Shown piece by piece: positions 55,815-64,000 of a DNA stretch of 64,000 nt. Each line of letters begins with the position of its first letter. Within the stretch, counting starts at the first letter, position 1. The notes beneath the pieces are model-generated. The model did no database searches. It was not told where the DNA came from and saw nothing but the letters and a program-made list of their open reading frames with translations. Source of the stretch: a virus; the IMG/VR virus record IMGVR_UViG_3300042482_000702, positions 11,355 through 75,354 of that record; one strand, written 5' to 3'. Both the position numbers and the translations under genes were made by a program.

Positions 55815-58712
55815 TTATCTATAATCTTTTATTAATCTTACCGAGTAACCCCATTTCTTATTCTGCCATGACCGATTCAAATCACCACCACCATTAGTAC
55901 TAAGGTTTCGGTAATAGGCTCCATTAGCATCGAACTCGAACTGTGACGAACTCCACCAGTTACCTACTTCTCCCATAGTAGTAAACACCCCAATGTCCAT
56001 TCGCTCCCCTCCTGGAAGACCTGTCCACCCACTTTCGTTAGTAGCATTAGAATTAGGGTATTGCCAAAGTCCAGTGCCGAGTTGTTGTACTGGGTTACCT
56101 GTCGGACCCAATGGGCCCGTTCCTGTTGATTTCATTTTCCCTTTTGGACCATTTAATATAGGTGGTCCACTTAAACAGACTCCAAATGTATCCCATTCGT
56201 CATTTGTAGGAACGTGATAACCTAATGGAGCTAATCCTCTTGAATCATTTACCGCAAACCAGTTGTATAGTTTGCCATAGATAGGTCCGTTAGATGATAA
56301 GTTTAAATAATAAGACCAAGCACCTACCCCACTGTTACCATAATTTATCCATTCTGTATTAGTAGTTGCTTGGAATATAGTATCTCCATTTCTATAAGTA
56401 GTTACTTCGAGGTTTTTGGCTTCCCATATTAAATTGAATGGGGCACAATTGCAACTAACGTCAATTCTATATTCACATGAATAAATAGGTGATGTCTCCT
56501 GAACATCAATTCTATATTCACACGAATAAATAGGTAATATCTCCTGAACATCAATTCTATATTCACATGCCGCCGAACTCATATCCTGAACATCAATTCT
56601 GTATTCACATGCCGCCGAACTCATATCCTGAACATCAATTCTATAGTCACAATAAGAAAAGTTTAGAGAAGCATTTAAACAACTAGGTATTTGAGATGCT
56701 CCTAAAATATTAATATTATTAATATCTCGAACATAAACCACATCATATGGCGGATTTTGATTAATAATATATAATTTATTTGGAGATGTGCTAGATTCAG
56801 TTATGTAAATATTTCCATTGTCTTCAAAAAGACCATAAGTTGCACAACCAATATTTACTAGTTGAACATCAACTTCCGGAATACCACCTGTTAAATAATC
56901 CCATTGAGTTATATAACAATACCTTATAACCTCAAACTCATCCTCCACCTCTACATAATTAAGTGCTATGAATTTATTTGTTGTTGTTTTATAAAAATCT
57001 CCAGTTATTCCAGATTGGGAAATGTTTGATATTGGCCTATTAATGACCATTGGAAATTTAGTTGTCATAACAGGACTTCCACCTGACACATCAATCTCAA
57101 CAACTTCGTCAGGATTAGTAAAAGTATTTACAGCCAAAATCACAGTATTTGAAATTGCCGCCAAACCTGCTGATGAAGTAAAACCAACTGGAAAATCTAT
57201 GAATCTAAAAAATGTTGCCGTAAATGATGGTAAGGTTATATTATACTCAACAAATGATGTTCCGGAAATACCCCAAAGTTTACCCGTTGTTCCATTAAAT
57301 GAATGAGCAATATCAACACTATTATTTGGAAAATTTGGTACTGTTAACAGTGTTAAGGTGTTTACAGAAGCATTATAAGCATAAACATTAGAACCAGCAT
57401 TAAACAATACAGCGCAAGTTGATACAACAGAATTACTAGTTTGTGTTGGTGTTTGTGTTGGGGTTTGTGTTGGTGTTTGGGTTGGTGTTGGTGTTCGAGT
57501 TGGTGTTTTAGTTGGCGATGGTGATGGACAAATCACGTCCACACAGTTATCTTTTTTACTTGAGTCTAAAATCGAAAATGACGCAACATCGTAATATGCC
57601 CCATCAAATGAAGTTATTTGTATAATATAATTGATTCCATTTTGGTTGAAGATATACCATTTTCCAACCGTTAATTCTTCACTATTACTCATATTACCAC
57701 CACCATATGGGAAAGTACAATCTGAACATTGACGTAATGATATACTATATAACCAATATGTATAAGGTTTTGTAGATGTTGGTGTTTGTGTTGGTGTTTT
57801 AGTTGGTGTTTGTGTTGGTGTTTTAGTTGGTGTTTGTGTTTGAGTTTGTGTAGGTGTTGGTGTTTTAGTCGGTGTTTGAGTTGGAGTTTGTGTTGGTGTT
57901 GGAGTTTGTGTTGGTGTTGGAGTTTGTGTTTGTGCTGGTATTCCCGAATTTGAACATATTGACAATAAAGCCCCAGCTAGACCTCCATCCCCCGAAATTG
58001 TTAATGACGTAAAATTAACCGAATTATTAATTAAAAATTTACCCCCTCCACCGGTAGCACCAGCACCTTGTCCAGATAATATTTGGTTACCTATTATTGT
58101 ACTGAAACAACTTTCCGAAGACGAAATTGATGGGATTCCACTTCCCGTATTAGTAGTAAATATAAAATTCTCATTACCCCCTCCTCCTGTTGCCGTTAAG
58201 AAAACTATAATACCGTTAACTGATGCACTAAAATTCATCGTATAAGTAAAAGCTCCACTTGCACCTAAATATATTGAGTTTATAGGTGTGGTTACAGTTC
58301 CACAACTTGTATAAGCAGGTCCGTAATTTGATACACTACCTGTTCGAATATCAGTAATAACAACACCATTTATTGTTGTTGGTGGAACAACGCTGCTCAC
58401 ACAATTTAATATCACACTTGTTGATGTTGGAGTTGGCGTATTTGTTGGTGTTGGTGTTTTAGTTGGAGTTTGTGTTGGGGTTTGGGTAGGTGTTTTAGTT
58501 GGTGTTTGTGTATTTGTTGGTGTTAGTGTTGGTGTTTTAGTTGGTGTTTGAGTTGGTGTTTTAGTCGGTGTTTGTGTTTGAGTTTGTGTAGGTGTTTGCG
58601 TAAATTGTAATAAAACACCATTAATTCTAATGGTGTTTGGTATAGGATTATTGTTGGCTTTTTTCATAGAAGCCAACGATACATCATCAAATTTTTTAAG
58701 TAATTGTGTCAT
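55815..58712 (-). CDS. large secreted/virion protein with (TQTP/TKTP)n linkers and C-terminal Fib_succ_major-type domain (965 aa)
   Basis: Three long PT-rich linkers; C-terminus GKLYNWFAV...GYHVPTNDEW...GYSVRLIKDYR resembles TIGR02145 (Fibrobacter succinogenes major paralogous domain). Confidence 0.6.
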   Translation of the reverse strand: MTQLLKKFDDVSLASMKKANNNPIPNTIRINGVLLQFTQTPTQTQTQTPTKTPTQTPTKTPTLTPTNTQTPTKTPTQTPTQTPTKTPTPTNTPTPTSTSVILNCVSSVVPPTTINGVVITDIRTGSVSNYGPAYTSCGTVTTPINSIYLGASGAFTYTMNFSASVNGIIVFLTATGGGGNENFIFTTNTGSGIPSISSSESCFSTIIGNQILSGQGAGATGGGGKFLINNSVNFTSLTISGDGGLAGALLSICSNSGIPAQTQTPTPTQTPTPTQTPTQTPTKTPTPTQTQTQTPTKTPTQTPTKTPTQTPTSTKPYTYWLYSISLRQCSDCTFPYGGGNMSNSEELTVGKWYIFNQNGINYIIQITSFDGAYYDVASFSILDSSKKDNCVDVICPSPSPTKTPTRTPTPTQTPTQTPTQTPTQTSNSVVSTCAVLFNAGSNVYAYNASVNTLTLLTVPNFPNNSVDIAHSFNGTTGKLWGISGTSFVEYNITLPSFTATFFRFIDFPVGFTSSAGLAAISNTVILAVNTFTNPDEVVEIDVSGGSPVMTTKFPMVINRPISNISQSGITGDFYKTTTNKFIALNYVEVEDEFEVIRYCYITQWDYLTGGIPEVDVQLVNIGCATYGLFEDNGNIYITESSTSPNKLYIINQNPPYDVVYVRDINNINILGASQIPSCLNASLNFSYCDYRIDVQDMSSAACEYRIDVQDMSSAACEYRIDVQEILPIYSCEYRIDVQETSPIYSCEYRIDVSCNCAPFNLIWEAKNLEVTTYRNGDTIFQATTNTEWINYGNSGVGAWSYYLNLSSNGPIYGKLYNWFAVNDSRGLAPLGYHVPTNDEWDTFGVCLSGPPILNGPKGKMKSTGTGPLGPTGNPVQQLGTGLWQYPNSNATNESGWTGLPGGERMDIGVFTTMGEVGNWWSSSQFEFDANGAYYRNLSTNGGGDLNRSWQNKKWGYSVRLIKDYR
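56458..56665. repeat. 5 tandem copies of a 42-bp (14-aa, CEYRIDVQDMSSAA) in-frame repeat
   Basis: ACATCAATTCTATATTCACATGCCGCCGAACTCATATCCTGA repeated head-to-tail. Confidence 0.6.
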
Positions 58713-58722
58713 TTATTTAAAT

Positions 58723-61700
58723 TTACAGTACCTCGACCCAACTATTATCCGGACAGAAATATATTATGTCGTTTGTTGCATCAGTACAATAACCAATGAT
58801 TCGAACATTATTACCCGATACAGGTGGAGATATTGAACTGAACTCTCCAGCAGTTGTTGATACATATAGTATAGAACCTAAAGTCGCTGAGGTAAATGAT
58901 GTTGTACTAAATTTAGCATAACCTCTTAATAACATTCCACCAGCAATTGTTGTCCCTAACGCCATACCTAATAATCCTAATGATGTAACAACTGTTGTTG
59001 CATCTGCCAATGTCCAAGTCCCACCAGTACTATAATAATAAACTGACCCGGCAGTTAATGATGTACCTACACCAAAATAAACAACTTCTCCCGCACCTCC
59101 GTTATTAACAGGTACTGTAAATATTTTATTTTTTTCAATGTTAAGATTATTAACAAATGTTGTGTTACTTCTGTTTGCAGTAATATTACTACCTATAATG
59201 TTAGAATTATTAAAGGAAGATGGAATTCTATTATATGTACCACCAAGGATTGATGATAAAGACGCACAAGCCCAATTTCCATTACCAGCACCAACGAATG
59301 AACAATAACCAACAGCACAGTTTTGGTCACCACCACCAATAAATGAACCTTTTTTACCACAGTTAATTGAACCACCCGCAATTGTTGTACAAGAATCACT
59401 TACACTATTACGAAATCCACCACCAATGAATGACCGTACCCCATAAGCACAATTTGACCAACCACCACCTATTGTTGAATTGACCCCTGACGCTATATTA
59501 TTTATATTAGGATACGTACTAGAGTAATATTCATTATACCCACCTCCAATAAAACTTCCTGCTCCTCTGGCAATATTATGTTGGCCTCCTCCAATTGTTG
59601 AAGAGTATCCGAAAGATTTATTCAAACGTCCACCACTAACTGTTGAGGTAAATCCCGTCGCAATATTACCTACACTTCCCATCATAGGGAAATAACCTGG
59701 GGAACTTGTATTTCCAGTAACTTTAAATCCACCACCACCACCAATTGTAGAATAATTTCCAGAAGCAATATTCCCACTACCCCCACCTATTGTAGAATGA
59801 CAACCACAAGTAACATTACAAATACCACCACCAATAACAGACCCACAGGCGTTAGCTGTGTTCCCAATACCACCACCAATAAATGAAGAATTTCCACCAC
59901 CTAAACTTTTTGTTAAATTCCTAACTAATGGTTCATTTCCAATTCCAAATACTTGAACCGAGCCTGTTGCTCCGGTAACGTTTATATCGGTATATCCAAT
60001 GTAAGACCCAGAGGTATAAGTCGAAGCTGTTACAACAACATTTCTCGAACAAGCGTTATTATCAAAAGTTAATAATAAGTCATTAGTTGTAAAACAACTA
60101 GTTAAATTCCCAATAAACCTTAATGAACAATTTCCAATAACAATAGAAGATTGTATTTTTGGTGAATTACCCACCATATTTAAAACACCTCCAGCAATAC
60201 CACCTTGGTATCCACAAACAACATTCACATGTCCACCACCTACAAAGGTCATATTAGTAGCCGATTTATTATTATTACCTGAAACTATCCCTGAACCATA
60301 ACCACACGCATAATTACCACAACCACCTAAAATAGCCGCTCTAGTACGAAAAGTTTTATTAGAAAGACCACCAGCAATAACCGCATCTTCACCACATTGA
60401 CTAGTCGTTCCTGTTATAATATTACATCTACCACCACCAATAGTTGACATAGTAGTTGAAATAAGATTAACTCTACCCCCAACAATTGATGAGAATGTCC
60501 CCCCACTAAGTACACGGTTATAAAATCCACCACCAATTGTTGAATCTCCTCCAAACGCTCTATTACAACTACCACCACCAATGAATGATAATGTTCCACA
60601 AGTACAATTTAACCAACCACCACCTATGGTTGAGCTATTACCGCAAGCTCTATTTAGACGACCTCCACCAATTGTTGAACAAGTACTAACAATACAGTTT
60701 GAACATCCCCCACCAATAGATGAATAACAGGAAGAAATTTTATTATAACAACCACCACCAATAGATGAATACCTATTACCGACACAGTTAGATTTTCCAC
60801 CACTAATAGTTGAACCAATAACATTCATCACTGTATTACAACAACCACCACCAATAGTCGATGTATCACCAAACGCTTTGTTTAAAACACCACCACCAAC
60901 TGTTGAATTGCTCTGGGTAGTACAATTTGAATTACCACCACCAATAAATGACCCTTCACCATTTGCTTTATTATTATTACCACCACCAATGAATGAACAA
61001 TTTCCCTTTGCATAGTTTTTAAATCCACCCGCAATTGTTATATTCTTACCACCATCAGTAATTGTTGACCTATTTATAAAATATAATTCACCAAATGTTG
61101 TCCCAACATTATTTTGAAGGTTTACCAGAGTAACATCATAATAACTTGGATATCCAGTATTTGATAGAACAATAGAGTCAACATCGGATTGAATCGTTTT
61201 TCCGTAATTTGGGTTATACGATAAAATATTATTTCCAATGGTAAAATATGGTGATACGTCACCATAAAAATATAAAGTAGCATAATTAGTTTTATAAGGA
61301 TTACCTATAAAAATTGTTTGTTGACCCACAACATTTAATACACCACCCCCTATAGTCGATGAACAACCTTGTATTGTATTTCCTTGACCACCTAATATTG
61401 TAGAATTTTTACATTTTATTTGATTAAGATATCCTCCCAAAATATTTGATGTTGTTCCTGAAGCAATATTACCTTGACCACCAACAACAACAGATGCATA
61501 CCCAAATGCTATATTAGTCTTATATCCACTATAGGTACGTCCTCCACCACCAACGAATGATAATGTTCCTGAAGCAATATTACAATTACCACCACCAACT
61601 GTTGATAGAGAACCTGATGCTTGGTTACGATAACCACCACCAATTGTTGACCGATAATTAGAAGCTGTATTACACTGACCACCACCGACTGTTGAATAAC

Positions 61701-64000
61701 GTAGTGTCGCACAGTTTTTATCGCCTCCACCGATTGTTGTATAACTATTAGATGCGATATTACCTCGACCACCACCGATTGTTGCAAAATCTCCAGAAGC
61801 AGTATTACCATAACCATACCACCCTCCATTATTAAAACACTTACCACCACCACCAATTGTTGAACTAACACCGGAAGCTTTGTTATGACCACCACCACCA
61901 ATTGTTGAGGTACTACCGGAAGCAATGTTATAACCACCTCCACCTATTGTTGACCGATAAGTAGAAGCAGTATTATTTTCACCACCACCAATTGTTGTCC
62001 AATAGGCTGAAGCTTTATTACAAACACCCCCACCAACAGTAGAGTTTAAACCTCCGGATTTATTACAAGTTCCACCACCAATTGTTGAACCATAACCATA
62101 ACTATTATTACACTTACCACCACCTATTGTTGCTCGAGGATTTGAAGCTGAATTATTTTCACCACCTCCAATTGTTGTATAGTAACCTGTTGCGCAGTTC
62201 CTAAAACCACCACCAATGGTTGACAATACACCAGAATTAAAACAAATCGTAGTTCCAGTTAATAGACCTGTTGAATAAGTAAATGTTCCTCCGGAAGTAT
62301 TATGCCCAATACCTCCACCAATTGTCACACCTAAAGATTTATTTTCATTAGGTAATGATTGAATTACATTTCTATGTCCTCCACCAATAAATGACATTCT
62401 TGCGTTTGTTGTATTACGATAACCACCAACAACTGTTGAATAAGTCCCACTACTAATATTACATTTCCCTCCTAAAGACGCTGAATAATTCCCTATTGAA
62501 GTATTCAAAACACCACATCTAACAGACGAACAAGTACCACCACCTAATACAATGACTGGAGGTTCAGGACTTGTTCCGCTAGTCCCCGCAGAACCAGTTG
62601 CTCCACTAGTCCCTGACGAACCATTTACTCCACTAGTTCCTGACGAACCATTTACTCCACTAGTTCCTGATGTTCCTCTAGTTCCTGACGAACCTGACGA
62701 ACCTGTCGCTCCACTAGTTCCTGACGAACCTGTCGCTCCACTAGTTCCTGACGAACCATTTACTCCACTAGTTCCTGACGAACCTGTTGCCCCACTAGTT
62801 CCTGACGAACCATTTACTCCACTAGTTCCTGACGAACCATTTACTCCACTAGTTCCTGACGAACCTGTCGCTCCACTAGTTCCTGATGTTCCTGTTGCCC
62901 CACTAGTTCCTGATGTTCCTCTAGTTCCTGACGAACCTGACGAACCATTTGCTCCACTAGTCCCTGACGAACCATTTACTCCACTAGTTCCTGACGAACC
63001 TGTTGCTCCACTAGTTCCTGATGTTCCTCTAGTTCCTGACGAACCTGACGAACCTGTCGCTCCACTAGTTCCTGACGAACCTGTCGCTCCACTAGTTCCT
63101 GACGAACCATTTACTCCACTAGTTCCTGACGAACCTGTTGCCCCACTAGTTCCTGACGAACCTGTTGCCCCACTAGTTCCTGACGAACCATTTACTCCAC
63201 TAGTTCCTGACGAACCTGTCGCTCCACTAGTTCCTGACGAACCATTCGCTCCCGATGTTCCTGATGTTCCTCTATTTCCTGACGAACCTGACGAACCTGT
63301 TGCACCACTAGTTCCTGACGAACCTGTTGCACCACTAGTTCCTGACGAACCATTTGCTCCCGATGTTCCTGACGAACCATTTGCTCCCGATGTTCCTGAC
63401 GCTCCACTAGTTCCCGATGAACCTGTTGCTCCCGATGTTCCTGACGCTCCACTAGTTCCCGATGAACCTGTTGCTCCCGATGTTCCTGACGAACCATTTG
63501 CTCCCGATGTTCCTGACGCTCCACTAGTTCCCGATGAACCTGTTGCTCCCGATGTTCCTGATGAACCTGTTGCTCCCGATGTTCCTGACTCTCCACTAGT
63601 TCCCGATGTTCCTGACTCTCCACTAGTTCCCGATGAACCTGTTGCACCACTAGTTCCTGATGAACCTGTTGTTCCACTAGTTCCTGACGCTCCACTAGTT
63701 CCTGACGAACCTGTTGTTCCACTAGTTCCTGACGCTCCACTAGTTCCTGACGAACCATTTGCTCCCGATGTTCCCGATGAACCTGTTGCTCCCGATGTTC
63801 CTGACGAACCATTTGCTCCCGATGTTCCTGACGCTCCACTAGTTCCCGATGAACCTGTTGCTCCACTAGTTCCTGACGAACCTGTTGCTCCCGATGTTCC
63901 TGACGCTCCACTAGTTCCTGATGAACCTGTTGCACCACTAGTTCCTGATGTTCCGGATGAACCACTAACACCTGAAGTTCCACTAGAACCATTTGCTCCT
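58723..64000 (-). CDS. giant fibre protein: N-terminal collagen-like Gly-X-Y domain fused to a >1200-aa IGGG beta-helix repeat array (partial; N-terminus beyond window)
   Basis: Gly-X-Y collagen-like frame (GTSGVNGSSGTSGAT...) stays open from 64000 down to the annotated start at 62508, which is a TTG (Leu) codon in that same frame; ~40 x S-T-I-G-G-G-x-x-N-x-A repeats in 58723-62508. Confidence 0.7.
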   Translation of the reverse strand, partial: GANGSSGTSGVSGSSGTSGTSGATGSSGTSGASGTSGATGSSGTSGATGSSGTSGASGTSGANGSSGTSGATGSSGTSGANGSSGTSGASGTSGTTGSSGTSGASGTSGTTGSSGTSGATGSSGTSGESGTSGTSGESGTSGATGSSGTSGATGSSGTSGASGTSGANGSSGTSGATGSSGTSGASGTSGATGSSGTSGASGTSGANGSSGTSGANGSSGTSGATGSSGTSGATGSSGSSGNRGTSGTSGANGSSGTSGATGSSGTSGVNGSSGTSGATGSSGTSGATGSSGTSGVNGSSGTSGATGSSGTSGATGSSGSSGTRGTSGTSGATGSSGTSGVNGSSGTSGANGSSGSSGTRGTSGTSGATGTSGTSGATGSSGTSGVNGSSGTSGVNGSSGTSGATGSSGTSGVNGSSGTSGATGSSGTSGATGSSGSSGTRGTSGTSGVNGSSGTSGVNGSSGTSGATGSAGTSGTSPEPPVIVLGGGTCSSVRCGVLNTSIGNYSASLGGKCNISSGTYSTVVGGYRNTTNARMSFIGGGHRNVIQSLPNENKSLGVTIGGGIGHNTSGGTFTYSTGLLTGTTICFNSGVLSTIGGGFRNCATGYYTTIGGGENNSASNPRATIGGGKCNNSYGYGSTIGGGTCNKSGGLNSTVGGGVCNKASAYWTTIGGGENNTASTYRSTIGGGGYNIASGSTSTIGGGGHNKASGVSSTIGGGGKCFNNGGWYGYGNTASGDFATIGGGRGNIASNSYTTIGGGDKNCATLRYSTVGGGQCNTASNYRSTIGGGYRNQASGSLSTVGGGNCNIASGTLSFVGGGGRTYSGYKTNIAFGYASVVVGGQGNIASGTTSNILGGYLNQIKCKNSTILGGQGNTIQGCSSTIGGGVLNVVGQQTIFIGNPYKTNYATLYFYGDVSPYFTIGNNILSYNPNYGKTIQSDVDSIVLSNTGYPSYYDVTLVNLQNNVGTTFGELYFINRSTITDGGKNITIAGGFKNYAKGNCSFIGGGNNNKANGEGSFIGGGNSNCTTQSNSTVGGGVLNKAFGDTSTIGGGCCNTVMNVIGSTISGGKSNCVGNRYSSIGGGCYNKISSCYSSIGGGCSNCIVSTCSTIGGGRLNRACGNSSTIGGGWLNCTCGTLSFIGGGSCNRAFGGDSTIGGGFYNRVLSGGTFSSIVGGRVNLISTTMSTIGGGRCNIITGTTSQCGEDAVIAGGLSNKTFRTRAAILGGCGNYACGYGSGIVSGNNNKSATNMTFVGGGHVNVVCGYQGGIAGGVLNMVGNSPKIQSSIVIGNCSLRFIGNLTSCFTTNDLLLTFDNNACSRNVVVTASTYTSGSYIGYTDINVTGATGSVQVFGIGNEPLVRNLTKSLGGGNSSFIGGGIGNTANACGSVIGGGICNVTCGCHSTIGGGSGNIASGNYSTIGGGGGFKVTGNTSSPGYFPMMGSVGNIATGFTSTVSGGRLNKSFGYSSTIGGGQHNIARGAGSFIGGGYNEYYSSTYPNINNIASGVNSTIGGGWSNCAYGVRSFIGGGFRNSVSDSCTTIAGGSINCGKKGSFIGGGDQNCAVGYCSFVGAGNGNWACASLSSILGGTYNRIPSSFNNSNIIGSNITANRSNTTFVNNLNIEKNKIFTVPVNNGGAGEVVYFGVGTSLTAGSVYYYSTGGTWTLADATTVVTSLGLLGMALGTTIAGGMLLRGYAKFSTTSFTSATLGSILYVSTTAGEFSSISPPVSGNNVRIIGYCTDATNDIIYFCPDNSWVEVL

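Noticed and set aside
56458-56665. CRISPR-like array, given the regular 42-bp repeats
   Set aside because: The units are directly abutting with no unique spacers, they lie in-frame inside a long CDS and encode a repeated peptide, and no cas genes are present.
55745-56665. Diversity-generating retroelement (template or variable repeat pair)
   Set aside because: No reverse transcriptase is in the window, and the extragenic copy differs from the intragenic units at non-adenine positions.
63192-63992. Track ORF encoding QELVERQEHREQ... repeats
   Set aside because: It is an off-frame shadow of the collagen-like Gly-X-Y repeat. The in-frame continuation of the 58723-62508 gene is the biologically sensible reading.
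1-64000. Eukaryotic giant-virus or organelle origin, suggested by AT-richness, collagen-like repeats and large paralogous families
   Set aside because: Bacterial factor-independent terminators, Bacteroidetes-type TAnnTTTG promoters, lipobox and signal peptides, and phage-type GIY-YIG/HNH and recombinase genes all point to a bacteriophage.

Overview
This window is AT-rich, densely packed with short genes on both strands, and is most likely part of a large bacteriophage that infects a Bacteroidetes host (Flavobacteriia-like). No rRNA gene, convincing tRNA gene or CRISPR array was seen, and all calls below come from motif recognition by eye.

Evidence for the phage and host assignment:
- Nearly every intergenic gap holds a factor-independent terminator: an A-run, a CCCC...GGGG hairpin, then a T-run, readable in either direction.
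- Many genes are preceded by the Bacteroidetes-type promoter element TAnnTTTG (usually TATCTTTG) sitting 5 to 35 nt before the ATG, often with no Shine-Dalgarno, so the mRNAs look leaderless.
- Secreted proteins carry Bacteroidetes-style signal peptides, proline/threonine-rich linkers, and one has a Fibrobacter/Bacteroidetes paralogous C-terminal domain.

Layout, left to right:
- 0-8 kb: a ClpP-family protease and many small hypothetical proteins.
- 8.2-12.3 kb: a self-contained mobile cassette flanked by partial direct repeats, carrying a tyrosine integrase, a GIY-YIG endonuclease, a serine recombinase and a GIY-YIG protein with NGW repeats, followed by an HNH endonuclease that has its own flanking repeats.
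- 13.4-15.9 kb: an odd low-coding region containing a G-run island and iteron-like inverted repeats.
- 16-53 kb: a long accessory region of small, often highly acidic proteins, with recognisable enzymes scattered through it: nitroreductase, a flavodoxin-like FMN reductase, a 2H phosphoesterase (LigT/Acb1-like), a GH12-like glycosidase, a signal-peptide EndoG/Serratia-type nuclease, an SPFH lipoprotein, an eightfold CxxCxGxG zinc-finger protein, a ferritin-like protein, a CCA-adding tRNA nucleotidyltransferase, a NUDIX hydrolase, a DHH phosphoesterase, an SPPY-type DNA methyltransferase, a CAP domain protein, a DUF3310 protein and a peptidoglycan-binding protein.
- 54-64 kb: virion fibre or adhesin genes, ending with a protein of more than 1750 residues that joins a collagen-like Gly-X-Y domain to a long IGGG beta-helix repeat array.

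The feature I rate highest is an N-terminal leader peptide found on roughly 25 to 30 otherwise unrelated proteins. The leader contains a conserved (I/L)-x-E tripeptide. This matches the T4 capsid-targeting sequence and its prohead-protease cleavage site, and a ClpP-family protease sits at the left end of the window. Taken together this suggests a large set of diversifying virion-packaged, possibly injected effector proteins; the idea is inference and has not been tested.
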